The notes: generated from the sequence alone by a model not told the origin. Positions 20,671-29,858 are shown, numbered from the stretch's first letter. The stretch: 64,000 nt of DNA from Salinispira sp. (GCA_965602015.1 OZ271918.1:3232001-3296000); one strand, 5' to 3'. A program made the numbers and translations.

Positions 20671-21510
20671 TCAGCTGTCCTGATCATAGTATCTGAACTG
20701 CCACAGCAGTTCGTCATAGGCCTGTTGAAGGGCGGCAAACTCTTCCTGCCGCCTGGCCTCATCACGCGGATCGATTTGCTGCTCCCCGTAGCCGATATTC
20801 ATGGTCGCATCGGGGTGCAGGTTTGCCGCCAGTTCCCGGTATTTCTTCTTTAATTCGCCTTCGCTGCAGTCCGGCGGCAGTTCCATCAGCCGGCAGTATT
20901 CCCGGTTAAGATAGGGCACCGAGCGCAGCCGCTGCTGAATTTCCCTGAGGGACAGCCCCATCGGTTCGAAAATATCCCTGAAAAACCTAAACTCCCGCCG
21001 GCTCAATCCGGCGGGATCGCTTCCGGCAATTCTGTGGAGCAGGCTGAAAAGGAAGTCTCTTTCGGCCTCTCCCCCGTAACTGTACACATACGACAGCTCG
21101 AGATACTCCGCGCTGCTGACCCCGTAAACCCGCACCAGCCAGGGCAGGTCCAGACGCTGATCCCAGCGTTCAGCCAGGTTCCAAAAATAATCGAGTTTGC
21201 TGCGGTCGGAACTACGGATTCGGAAAAAGTGCGCAATTCGCTCAAGGGCATCATCGCGAATCTCGCTGCTGTGGATATCGTCCACGCTTAACAGACGGTT
21301 GATCAGCCCGATGGCCGCAGCGGGCCGCAGAAAGCGTTTAATCCGGGGAACGAACTCAGCTTCCAGATAAAATTTTTCCACATCCCGGTGATTACGCCGG
21401 AGATAAAGTACCTGATCCACCAGTGAACCGGCGAGGACGCCAAGCAGCACTCCAAAAATACCGAAGGGGAGGCCGAGAATAGCGCCGCTGATTTTGCCGG
21501 CAATGATCAT
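20671..21510 (-). CDS. DjlA-like membrane-anchored J-domain co-chaperone
   Basis: N-terminal GKISGAILG...G..VD TM segment; C-terminal J domain KKKYRELAANLHPD...F.ALQQAYDEL. Confidence 0.8.
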   Translation of the reverse strand: MIIAGKISGAILGLPFGIFGVLLGVLAGSLVDQVLYLRRNHRDVEKFYLEAEFVPRIKRFLRPAAAIGLINRLLSVDDIHSSEIRDDALERIAHFFRIRSSDRSKLDYFWNLAERWDQRLDLPWLVRVYGVSSAEYLELSYVYSYGGEAERDFLFSLLHRIAGSDPAGLSRREFRFFRDIFEPMGLSLREIQQRLRSVPYLNREYCRLMELPPDCSEGELKKKYRELAANLHPDATMNIGYGEQQIDPRDEARRQEEFAALQQAYDELLWQFRYYDQDS

Positions 21511-23237
21511 TCGGCACTCAGCCTCGCTAAACCGATCATTATCGCGATGAAGGTGAAGGCCTGAATGGCCGCGAGGGTCACAAGGGCGATGGGAAATGAG
21601 CTGAGTATCAGTACCGCAGACAGCAGATTTCTAAAGACAAATATATACAGATCGAAGAGGGCGAGAATAAACAGCGGAATGAGCGGCAAAAATATGTACA
21701 GGTACAGCGGCGGTCCGCTGAGGTATCGGCTGCGGCCTTTCCAGCCCATTCCGATGATGATGAGCGATACATTTATAAGACTGAAGGGAAGAAGGAGACG
21801 GTACAGTATTTCGGACTGGGGAAACAGAGGGTCCCTGCCATAGTCCGGGTAAATCCGAGCGAGGGAGAATAGCTGCAGGATGTTGACATCATTAAAAAAC
21901 GGGGTTGAGGGATTTACCGCCCAAATTTCTGAAGAGTCCATGTTCATCTGCAGAACGCCTTCTTCACCCGAAGGAGCCTGACCCACCACGTAATCGGCCT
22001 GGTAGCGCAGATCCTGACGGTCCCGGTCGATCGCCCTGGTAATGAGGTAGCTGCCGGACATTTTCCCCCGGGGAATTACGATGTGCTGCAGGACCCCCCC
22101 GTCGGGCCGCACCTCGATATATTCCATGTTAATAAAGTACAGACCCCGTAAACCGTACATCATTTGCTCAGCGGCGATAAACCGCCGAATACCCGGTCCC
22201 GCGAGAGACGCACCGTCGTGACGGGACGAAAAAACCTCGGGAAGCTTAAAGAATACGTTTCGGCGAATATCCTCCTGGTTGGCGTCGGCGATTTCATCAA
22301 GGAAAAAAGCCACGGTTTCAACCTCGGGTGTGAGGAATTCTAAATAGGTAACCAGGTCCGAGTCCGTCGGATCGATTTGCTCGAGCTCCTTGAACGTATA
22401 GTAGGCATCAAGGAAGCGCCTGGCGTTCCAGGCCTGAACTGCCTCGCGCTTCAGGTCAAAAATCATCCGTGAGCGGTTATCCTCGGCATTCGGCTCGAGA
22501 CGGGATATCGCCTTGAGGCTTTCAGAGAGGATTCGTCGTGCGATGGGTTCGTTCCGTTCATCCTGGGGCCCGAGGGCTATGCGGGCGTAAAACACCGCGG
22601 AATACCAGTCTTCTTCGGCAAAAAACCGCTCTGCCCGGTCGAGGATTTCCCCGTAGCTCAGATTTAGCGGTAATCTTGGCGAGGGGTTGTCGGCGGGCGC
22701 CGGCGCCGGTGTGGGCGGCCTGAGGTCCTGCAGCTCCCAGAACAGTTCGGTAGCCCGGGTATGCCTGGGCGCCAGCGCCAGAACATCATCAATCATCTCC
22801 TGGGCCATGTCCCATTCCCTGGCGTCGATGCTGTCCCCGGCCCGTTCAATGCGAAGGCTGACATAGTCCGAACGGAACCTGGCGTCGGCCTGCTGCTGAT
22901 ATGCCCATGGCAAGAGCAGCAGGATTAACAGGGTGTACACCACCATAGATATGAGAAGAAAAACCAAAGCGCCCTGAATCAGCTTGAAGAACGGCTGTCC
23001 GCTTCCCATATCCTCGGGACTTGCCTGAACGGAAAAGGTTAGCATAAACGCCGTAGCGGAGATGGGGATGAAATACTGCAGATAAAAGATAATGCTGCTG
23101 GCCACATACCACTGCCCGATAAAGCGGCTTTCCAGATTCTCAGGGGAGAAGACAATGGTGAGCACCACAATAATCAGCAGAATGGAAATATGGGTAAGCA
23201 GCTGTGTGACCGTTAGTTTTCTGTTTAAGCTGCTCAC
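21507..23237 (-). CDS. Integral membrane protein, LptF/LptG-like 3+3 TM topology with TPR-containing periplasmic domain
   Basis: YFIPISA in TM2, EILYRLLLPFSL...GMGWKGR in TM4, three TPR-like helices; GTG start overlaps the upstream stop (GTGA). Confidence 0.6.
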   Translation of the reverse strand: MSSLNRKLTVTQLLTHISILLIIVVLTIVFSPENLESRFIGQWYVASSIIFYLQYFIPISATAFMLTFSVQASPEDMGSGQPFFKLIQGALVFLLISMVVYTLLILLLLPWAYQQQADARFRSDYVSLRIERAGDSIDAREWDMAQEMIDDVLALAPRHTRATELFWELQDLRPPTPAPAPADNPSPRLPLNLSYGEILDRAERFFAEEDWYSAVFYARIALGPQDERNEPIARRILSESLKAISRLEPNAEDNRSRMIFDLKREAVQAWNARRFLDAYYTFKELEQIDPTDSDLVTYLEFLTPEVETVAFFLDEIADANQEDIRRNVFFKLPEVFSSRHDGASLAGPGIRRFIAAEQMMYGLRGLYFINMEYIEVRPDGGVLQHIVIPRGKMSGSYLITRAIDRDRQDLRYQADYVVGQAPSGEEGVLQMNMDSSEIWAVNPSTPFFNDVNILQLFSLARIYPDYGRDPLFPQSEILYRLLLPFSLINVSLIIIGMGWKGRSRYLSGPPLYLYIFLPLIPLFILALFDLYIFVFRNLLSAVLILSSFPIALVTLAAIQAFTFIAIMIGLARLSAE

Positions 23238-24292
23238 CGTTCGATCTCCCGCTGCCAATCCCTGACCCGGGGAAGAAAGGCGTGAAAAATGAGAAAAAGC
23301 AGGGCAAAAAAACCGAGCAATGCGGGACCAATATATCCGATGGCCCTGGTCTGCAGAAAACTCATCGCGAGTTCGCGGACAAAGAACAAATCCCCTACCC
23401 GGGTCAACAGCAATCCGCCGGCATTAACAAGGACTGCCATAACGAAGTTTATCATCGGCCATCTGGTGAGCCTCAGGAACATCCAGCTGCTGAACAGGAA
23501 AAAGAGCAGGGACAGCACAAGGGCAAGGTACCGAACCGAAAGCTCATCGGCGTATTCATCGAGAGTGGAAAACAATCTCCGGATAGTTTCCTGAAGATTC
23601 ATGAGTATGCCCGTCTGGCCAAAAAGGGCAGAGCGGCTGTTGAGAATAGCAGTATCGTTCACCACCAGTGCGCTGCCGTCAGGGGTGAAGCGGCTTCGCT
23701 GCTGAATTACAATTTCCCGGCGGAGGCTGTCGTAGCTCACTTCTTCAAAATAGCTGAGGGTTCTGACACCGGGGTCATCTATGGGAGAAATGGTGACGCC
23801 AGAATCTTCGTTGTCCAGGGGGTTGGCAAGCAGGTTGCCGTAATGGAAGAGCACAACCTCCCGGAGGGCACCGGCGGAAGTATCCTGAAAGTACAGCCCT
23901 CCCCCGTGGAACTCGATAATCGTATCTATCCGCAAATCGGTGATTTCCGGGCTGTCGCCCAGAACATTTGCGGTTTCAATATTGCGGATGCCATAGTACC
24001 CGAAGAAAAAAAGCGGACCGGATACCAAAAAAAGCAGGAGCAGGGCGAGGGCCCGGTGTGCTTTAAATGACAGGATTTTCCGCAAAAGTATGAGGGTTGC
24101 GAGGGTCCCCCCAATATACAGGCTGAACTTGAGACCCCATATGAGGTTCACGAAAAACAGGGTAGCTTCGGGAGTCTGACCGAGGTTTCTGTAGAGCGCT
24201 GATCCAACCACGAGAGCATATAAAGTAATTATTAGCGTGAGTAACAGAAGCAGGAGTAAATACTGTAATGGGATCAGAAGGGGTCGCCTCAC
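23234..24292 (-). CDS. Integral membrane protein, 3 TM + beta-rich periplasmic domain + 3 TM (possible LptF/G-like partner)
   Basis: Hydropathy pattern; translationally coupled to the downstream gene. Confidence 0.55.
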   Translation of the reverse strand: MRRPLLIPLQYLLLLLLLTLIITLYALVVGSALYRNLGQTPEATLFFVNLIWGLKFSLYIGGTLATLILLRKILSFKAHRALALLLLFLVSGPLFFFGYYGIRNIETANVLGDSPEITDLRIDTIIEFHGGGLYFQDTSAGALREVVLFHYGNLLANPLDNEDSGVTISPIDDPGVRTLSYFEEVSYDSLRREIVIQQRSRFTPDGSALVVNDTAILNSRSALFGQTGILMNLQETIRRLFSTLDEYADELSVRYLALVLSLLFFLFSSWMFLRLTRWPMINFVMAVLVNAGGLLLTRVGDLFFVRELAMSFLQTRAIGYIGPALLGFFALLFLIFHAFLPRVRDWQREIER

Positions 24293-24397
24293 GTAATAAA
24301 TGTTAGCATATGGGTATGCTCAGTGCAACGTAGAAAAGTTTAAAGAACTGCCCTATTATGATGAATAAGCGGATGGCCATGTGGTACCAGCAGTTAC

Positions 24398-24973
24398 ATG
24401 ACATCCGCAGAAATGATGCTACATATACGGGATTCCTCTGCCGCACCCGAGCCTCAGGAGTATGTTCTGACCCAGAAAGAATTTTCCGACAGTCTCCAGC
24501 CTTACCTGCCCCGATTGTATCGCAGCATGTTGTCCATGGTGAGAAATCAGGCGGATGCCGAGGATATCATGCAGGATACGGTTCTGCGGGCCTTTGCAAA
24601 CATTCATCGCTATGACCCGAGCCGTCCTCTGTACCCTTGGCTTCTGACAATCGGACGGAATCTCGCCCGGAACTTCCTGGTGCGTCGAAATCGGAGAGAT
24701 AGCGACGCCGAACTGCCGCTGGATATCCCGGAAACCCAAACGAACAGCCCTGAGGAGGAAGTACTTAAGGACGAACAGGTAAGGCAACTACACAAGGCCT
24801 TGGCATCACTCAAGCCGGAACATCGGGAGATACTCGAACTCCAGCATTTTCAGGAGTGCAGCTATCAGGAGATAAGCGAGATACTCGCTATTCCCCTTGG
24901 TACCGTAATGTCCCGTCTCTATTACGCCCGTAAGCAACTGCAAACGACTCTGGAGAGTTACCATGAAAAGTAA
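24398..24973 (+). CDS. ECF RNA polymerase sigma-70 factor
   Basis: DAEDIMQDT, WLLTIGRN (region 2); SYQEISEILAIPLGTVMSRLYYAR (region 4). Confidence 0.95.
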   Translation: MTSAEMMLHIRDSSAAPEPQEYVLTQKEFSDSLQPYLPRLYRSMLSMVRNQADAEDIMQDTVLRAFANIHRYDPSRPLYPWLLTIGRNLARNFLVRRNRRDSDAELPLDIPETQTNSPEEEVLKDEQVRQLHKALASLKPEHREILELQHFQECSYQEISEILAIPLGTVMSRLYYARKQLQTTLESYHEK

Positions 24974-25442
24974 AAATAACCGTGAAAACGCCCAGCCCCT
25001 CGGGTACGAGGATGAGCAGCTCATATTAAAAGTTCAGGCCCTTGTGGATAACGAGCTGCCTGAATCGGAAATCGATTCCGTAATGGCAAGCATAGAAGGA
25101 AATTACCGGTTGCGGGATGAATACGTCAGTCTTCTCCAAACCAAACGGCAACTCAGCGGCCTGCCCCGGCTGCAGCTGCGGCGCGAATGGTATGAAGATT
25201 TCGAAAAAAAGGCCCGCCGCAAACTGCCCATGTACATCGGCTCATTTTTTGCCGCCGTTTATGCCTTATGGTCACTGTTGTTTTTTGCCGGTGAAAATCT
25301 GGACTATGCATTACCTCAATGGCTGCATATCACTGGACTATTTTCCCTTACCGCGAGCATAATATCCTTTATTCTCAACGCCCTGCTGCAGCGGGGAACA
25401 GAAAAAAAGGGCGATCGTTCGTATAAGGATGTACTACGATGA
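24963..25442 (+). CDS. Putative membrane anti-sigma factor (ASD-like N-terminus, two TM helices)
   Basis: Overlaps the sigma gene; ALVDNELPESE motif resembling the anti-sigma domain; no HxxxCxxC. Confidence 0.75.
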   Translation: MKSKNNRENAQPLGYEDEQLILKVQALVDNELPESEIDSVMASIEGNYRLRDEYVSLLQTKRQLSGLPRLQLRREWYEDFEKKARRKLPMYIGSFFAAVYALWSLLFFAGENLDYALPQWLHITGLFSLTASIISFILNALLQRGTEKKGDRSYKDVLR

Positions 25443-25753
25443 TATTATCAACAACTGACAGCATAAGCGGAAAAACTATTACCAAACACCTCGGGCTGGT
25501 CTACGGGAACACCATTCGCGCCCGCAGTTTTGCCAGGGATCTCGCTGCAGTCTTCAAGAACCTCGCGGGAGGCGAAATATCCGACTACACAAAAATGATG
25601 GCTGAATCCAGGGAACAGAGCATGGACCGAATGATCGATGCTGCAAACGAACTGGGAGCCAATGCAATAATCGGCATCCGCTTCTCCACCACGTCAATGA
25701 TGCAAGCCGCCGCAGAAATTGTCATCTACGGAACCGCTGTGGTGGTCGAATAG
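25439..25753 (+). CDS. YbjQ/UPF0145 family protein
   Basis: GLVYGNTIR, GGEISDYT.MM.ESRE, GANAIIGIRF, YGTAV. Confidence 0.93.
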   Translation: MILSTTDSISGKTITKHLGLVYGNTIRARSFARDLAAVFKNLAGGEISDYTKMMAESREQSMDRMIDAANELGANAIIGIRFSTTSMMQAAAEIVIYGTAVVVE

Positions 25754-25788
25754 CTCGTCACGTAGAATATCGATATTCAGAGCAGGAT

Positions 25789-25808
25789 TTAACCACAAGT
25801 TATCCACA
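25789..25808 (+). promoter_or_regulatory. Tandem DnaA-box pair (TTAACCACA + TTATCCACA)
   Basis: Perfect TTATCCACA at 25800-25808 and 1-mismatch box at 25789-25797, 2-nt gap. Confidence 0.7.
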
Positions 25809-26009
25809 AGCAGATTTCTTTATTTTTTTATATTATTCGCCGGCTGAGATTACCTCGCCGGTGTACTTTTTTTCAAAATCCCGAATGACATTTGCTAAAT
25901 TGTTACCATGTATATATTTACACTATGTCAATATGGAATTTGCAAATTTCCTGATATTTTTTTCAAAAAAGTGCTCAACAGCTATGAAGCAAATTCAATT
26001 ACTGAGAAG

Positions 26010-26029
26010 TTATCCACAGGTTATCAACA
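26010..26029 (+). promoter_or_regulatory. Tandem DnaA-box pair (TTATCCACA + TTATCAACA)
   Basis: Perfect box at 26010-26018 and 1-mismatch box at 26021-26029, 2-nt gap. Confidence 0.7.
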
Positions 26030-26054
26030 AAAAAACGGCCCGGATTCCGGGCCG
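26029..26054 (-). terminator. Rho-independent terminator of pspA
   Basis: CGGCCCGG/CCGGGCCG stem followed on the minus strand by T7. Confidence 0.8.
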
Positions 26055-26077
26055 CTGTGTAAAGGCGGGTTTGCTTT

Positions 26078-26881
26078 TTACTCATTGAGCTTTTTCTTCA
26101 ACTCTTCCATCATTGAATCAACTTCAGGATCATCGGACGCTGCGGATTCCCCGCTGCTCGAAGATGTACTGCCCCCGGAATTATCCTCGATAGCCATTTT
26201 CTTTCTCAAATCCTCAAGCATGGCATCGCCGGAACCGCCGGCTTCCAGCTGGGCGAACTCGCTCTCGAGACTTCCGGCCCCCGGACCTTCAATTTCACCG
26301 ATGGCATCAGCTTCGGCTTCAATTTGCTCGACGCGACTGGCCATTTTGTCAAATGCGTCAAACGCCGAGGTATCTGCAAGTCCGGTAATCTGTTCCTGAA
26401 TCTTTTTCTGAGCCTCGGCGCGCCTAGCCCGGGCGATAAGCAGGTTTTTCTTGCGTTGAGCTTCCTCAATACGCTGCTGGAGACCCTGGAGTGCGGTTTT
26501 TAACTTTTCGACGGAGTCGTGCTGGGCGGTATACTGCTCATTGTATTTTTCCGCAGTTATCTCGCATTCTTTTTTCTGGCTCAATGCCTTTTTGGCCAGG
26601 TCTTCGTAGTGAGCCTTTTTATCGGGCTCCCGCTCGGAAGCTTTGAGTGCGAGGATGGCCCGTTTTTCCCATTCTTCGCCCTTCCGGCGGTGCTCATTAA
26701 CCTGCCGCTCAAGCCGTTTTTCGTCCGCGATAGCGCTGGCAACCGACTTCTTCGATTCCACCAGTTGTTCATTCATATCGACGATGAGCTGGTTGAGCAT
26801 CTTTTCGGGATCCTCAGCCTTGCTGATCATCTGATTGATATTAGATTTTACGACTCGTTTAAACCGGTCAAAGATACCCAT
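26078..26881 (-). CDS. pspA: PspA/IM30 family protein
   Basis: MGIFDRFKRVVKSNIN.MISKAEDPEKML, coiled coil, AFDKMASRVEQIEAEADA. Confidence 0.93.
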   Translation of the reverse strand: MGIFDRFKRVVKSNINQMISKAEDPEKMLNQLIVDMNEQLVESKKSVASAIADEKRLERQVNEHRRKGEEWEKRAILALKASEREPDKKAHYEDLAKKALSQKKECEITAEKYNEQYTAQHDSVEKLKTALQGLQQRIEEAQRKKNLLIARARRAEAQKKIQEQITGLADTSAFDAFDKMASRVEQIEAEADAIGEIEGPGAGSLESEFAQLEAGGSGDAMLEDLRKKMAIEDNSGGSTSSSSGESAASDDPEVDSMMEELKKKLNE

Positions 26882-26928
26882 TGAGGGCCTCCATTTCTTC
26901 TCTGTTAGTGCGCTTTACTGCCCGCGGA

Positions 26929-27324
26929 TTATTCCCTTCCAGGCAGGTACTTCTTCAGGCGGTCATAATGTTCCGCCAGCCCCAGACTGATTGCATCCAG
27001 AGACGCCTGAAGCTCTTCCATATCCATGGTATCAAGCTCAAGCGTGTCCATAAGAATAATATAATCTTCCTCGATGGCATAGGCGCCATGAACGAGATCG
27101 ACATTAAGGATAAGTAATTCTTTGAAGAGATCATGGCACAGCTGCAGATCTTCTGATGGAATATTCATGACACGGGTCCGCACTGTCAGGAGGGATTCGT
27201 CCACGAAGAGCACGATTTGGCTCAGACCCTTATCGGGATCATTTATGACCCAGACGTCCTCGCTTACCCGTTCGTAGGTTACCGTCATGGCAACAAGGTA
27301 GCGTTCGATTCTTTCAATACTCAT
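26929..27324 (-). CDS. YbjN/CesT-like chaperone-fold protein
   Basis: Small acidic protein; LFKELLILN.DLVHGAYAI...ILMDTL...DMEEL pattern. Confidence 0.7.
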   Translation of the reverse strand: MSIERIERYLVAMTVTYERVSEDVWVINDPDKGLSQIVLFVDESLLTVRTRVMNIPSEDLQLCHDLFKELLILNVDLVHGAYAIEEDYIILMDTLELDTMDMEELQASLDAISLGLAEHYDRLKKYLPGRE

Positions 27325-27375
27325 GTCTTACCCCAGGATATGATCGGACGGGCTGCTGCGCAGGAGGGCTGCTAA

Positions 27376-27927
27376 TCAGCCGAGAAAAATCTGTCCGGAA
27401 TTATCTATTGCCAGGATGGTCTTGCAGTTTGAACAGCGGAACCTTCCGGGCTTTGATGCTTTTAGTTTCGTTGAGCAGATGGGACATTTGAATATTTTCG
27501 GGAAGATATCGCTGTCGCTGGTGGCGCTTCCCTTCGAGAAGAACTCAACCGCTTCATCGAGATTGTCTTTGATATTGAAAAATTGGGAGAACCCGAGGAG
27601 TTGGAATACCTCGTAGACTTTGGGCTGTATTTCCAGCAGGACCAAATCGCCGCTTCGGGGTTTGACCGCTTTCAGGAATGCGGTGAAGGAGCCGATGCCG
27701 GTACTGGAAACATAGTTTAGACCGCTGCAGTGAAAAATGAGTTTGGTGAATCCCGATTCAATGGCCCGGTTTACCCGCTTTTGGAAAAAGTTTGAGTTAT
27801 AGGTGTCGATGTATCCCGTAAGGTAGAGAACCAGGCAGCCTTCCGTACCGTCTACTTTCTGAAGGCGTATCTTGAGGCTTTCATCCCTTTCTTCATCAAA
27901 TCCAGGTACAATATCGTTGTTACTCAT
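27376..27927 (-). CDS. STAS-domain anti-sigma-factor antagonist with C-terminal zinc ribbon
   Basis: LTGYIDTYN, LNYVSSTGIG, VFQLLGF; C-terminal CPIC...CSNC. Confidence 0.9.
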   Translation of the reverse strand: MSNNDIVPGFDEERDESLKIRLQKVDGTEGCLVLYLTGYIDTYNSNFFQKRVNRAIESGFTKLIFHCSGLNYVSSTGIGSFTAFLKAVKPRSGDLVLLEIQPKVYEVFQLLGFSQFFNIKDNLDEAVEFFSKGSATSDSDIFPKIFKCPICSTKLKASKPGRFRCSNCKTILAIDNSGQIFLG

Positions 27928-27980
27928 GATTCCCCTAAGAACTTAATGCAGTCCGCACGAAGTATTTTCCGTTAATTTTA

Positions 27981-28009
27981 ATTGTATTCAGCCTGAATTT
28001 GTTTGTCAA
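27981..28009 (-). promoter_or_regulatory. Near-consensus sigma70 promoter for the STAS-YbjN-pspA cluster
   Basis: Minus strand TTGACA-N17-TACAAT. Confidence 0.75.
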
Positions 28010-28025
28010 ATAAATCGGCTTGAAT

Positions 28026-28769
28026 TTACCACTCAAGACCGGCGCCGACATTAATAATAGAACCGTTAACTGCAGCGGCCGAATCGCTTAGTAGAAATTC
28101 AATAATATCAGATATTTTTACAGGTTCAAGCAATTTACCGGCTTTTTTCAGTCTTTGAAGCTCTTTTTCATCATAATACTCAGTTTCGACATATCCCGGG
28201 CATAAGGCGTTGATGGTCACCCCGCTTCCCGCCAGTTCCGCCGCGGCTGACCTGGTCACGCTGTTTATAGAGTACTTCACCGCCGAGTAGAGCGGAATGC
28301 TTCGGAATGGCTTCAGGCTGTCGGTCGCCGTTCCTCCGAACAGGATAATGCGGCCCCAGCGGTTCTCCTCCATATGCGGAATGAACAACGAAAGAAGTTT
28401 CAGGGGAAGCTTGAGGTTCATCTCCGTGATGTAATCGATTTCCGCATCACCGGCCCGGGACAACAGTCCGGAATGGAGGGGGCCGAATGCGTTAATGAGT
28501 ATATCGATCATGTGGACATGGGGTGAAAGTTTCTTTTTTAGCTCCCGGACATCGGCTTCGCTGGAAAGTTCCTGGACGATGGTATTCACCTGGGGAGAAC
28601 CGAGTTCGGTCAGCTCGGCGGCAAACGCCTCCATCTTCGCGGCGCTCCTGCCGTGAATAAATAGTCGATATCCGAGTTCGGCCAGTCGGCGGCTGACGGC
28701 GGCTCCGATACCCCCGCTTCCGCCGATAATAAGACAGCTGTGCTCAGGTGTTTCTCGCTTCAATGACAA
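28026..28769 (-). CDS. SDR family oxidoreductase
   Basis: IIGGSGGIG, YSAVK, INALCPGYVET; TTG start chosen after GGAG. Confidence 0.9.
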   Translation of the reverse strand: MSLKRETPEHSCLIIGGSGGIGAAVSRRLAELGYRLFIHGRSAAKMEAFAAELTELGSPQVNTIVQELSSEADVRELKKKLSPHVHMIDILINAFGPLHSGLLSRAGDAEIDYITEMNLKLPLKLLSLFIPHMEENRWGRIILFGGTATDSLKPFRSIPLYSAVKYSINSVTRSAAAELAGSGVTINALCPGYVETEYYDEKELQRLKKAGKLLEPVKISDIIEFLLSDSAAAVNGSIINVGAGLEW

Positions 28770-28839
28770 CTTCCCGCTCCTGCTTTCTTGACTGGTCAGT
28801 AGAGTGAATCTTATCATAGAGAAGGAGGCGGGAGTACAT

Positions 28840-29346
28840 ATGAAGACGCAGAACACAGGTGTTTTACGGATCGGTCTGGCAGTTTTGTTACTATCGGCAG
28901 CGACAGTCCTGTCCGCCCAGGAGGCTCCGTCGCTCAGCGTCGAAGAACTCCTCCAAATTATCGATATCGATACGGGATTGCGGGATATTTACGAGCAAAT
29001 TGCCGCCGGAGAGAGCATCCCGACGGACCGTTATTATCTTCTCACCGGAACGGTGACATCAATCTCCACCTTGGATCCGGATCCGGCAGCCTTTTATTCG
29101 GAAGTGGAATTTATTTCCGCCGAATGGTCGGGAAACGAGATCCGCTCGTACAAGGCCTTGCTGGTGTTCCTTGACGGAAACTTTGCTCCCCGGCTTCCTC
29201 AAAGAGCGCCAAGAAATCCCGGGCCGGAAGTTATCCGCAACAACAGCGAGGGAATGGCGCTGTCGGAATTTTACGACATCCTCGAACTGCCCAACGGCGA
29301 GATCCTGCCGGTGTTTATCGTATCCCGGTTTAACACCCTGGATTAA
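28840..29346 (+). CDS. Hypothetical exported protein
   Basis: Signal peptide ending VLSA-Q; SD GGAG. Confidence 0.75.
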   Translation: MKTQNTGVLRIGLAVLLLSAATVLSAQEAPSLSVEELLQIIDIDTGLRDIYEQIAAGESIPTDRYYLLTGTVTSISTLDPDPAAFYSEVEFISAEWSGNEIRSYKALLVFLDGNFAPRLPQRAPRNPGPEVIRNNSEGMALSEFYDILELPNGEILPVFIVSRFNTLD

Positions 29347-29363
29347 ACCCGGTAAATCCATAC

Positions 29364-29816
29364 ATGACAGGCCTCATTCGAAACTTCATGAGGGCTCTGG
29401 AACCCCCGGGGCTGCAGTCTCTCATTTCGCGGATACTGCTGATAGGCCTCTTAATTCTGGCTGACGGATTTCTGCTTCTCGTACTTTCCTCGCGCATTGG
29501 GGGCCTGTACAGCCTCGCGGCTGCGGCCTCTGCGAGTCTGGCGGGGGCGCTGGTTATCGGGAGCAGCTTTGCCCGCCACAGCAGACTGGCATTATTACAG
29601 ATCCGCGAGGGACACTACCCCGGGCATGAGTTCGTCCATCTGCTGCCGCTCTTCATTTCATTGACTCTGATTTGCATCCCCGGGTTTTTCACGGATCTGA
29701 CGGCAATGGTGTTTTTTCTTCCTCCGATGCGCACGGCTATCGGAGCGCTTCTGCATAAACGCTTCGGCGCTTCTTTTTCGGAGATTTACAACCTAAGCCG
29801 GATGAACGAAGAATAA
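29364..29816 (+). CDS. FxsA family membrane protein
   Basis: LICIPGFFTDLTA...PPMR motif after hydrophobic helices. Confidence 0.8.
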   Translation: MTGLIRNFMRALEPPGLQSLISRILLIGLLILADGFLLLVLSSRIGGLYSLAAAASASLAGALVIGSSFARHSRLALLQIREGHYPGHEFVHLLPLFISLTLICIPGFFTDLTAMVFFLPPMRTAIGALLHKRFGASFSEIYNLSRMNEE

Positions 29817-29858
29817 TCTGCCTGGCGCCGAGGGGCTTCGCAGGCCTGGCAATGCGGT

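Noticed and set aside
25861..26399. ORFs 25861..26088 and 25908..26399 across the DnaA-box region
   Set aside because: AT-rich, no SD, atypical composition, partly antisense to pspA
26929..27324. CesT-like protein as evidence of a type III secretion island
   Set aside because: No T3SS structural genes; the fold is common in stand-alone YbjN-like proteins
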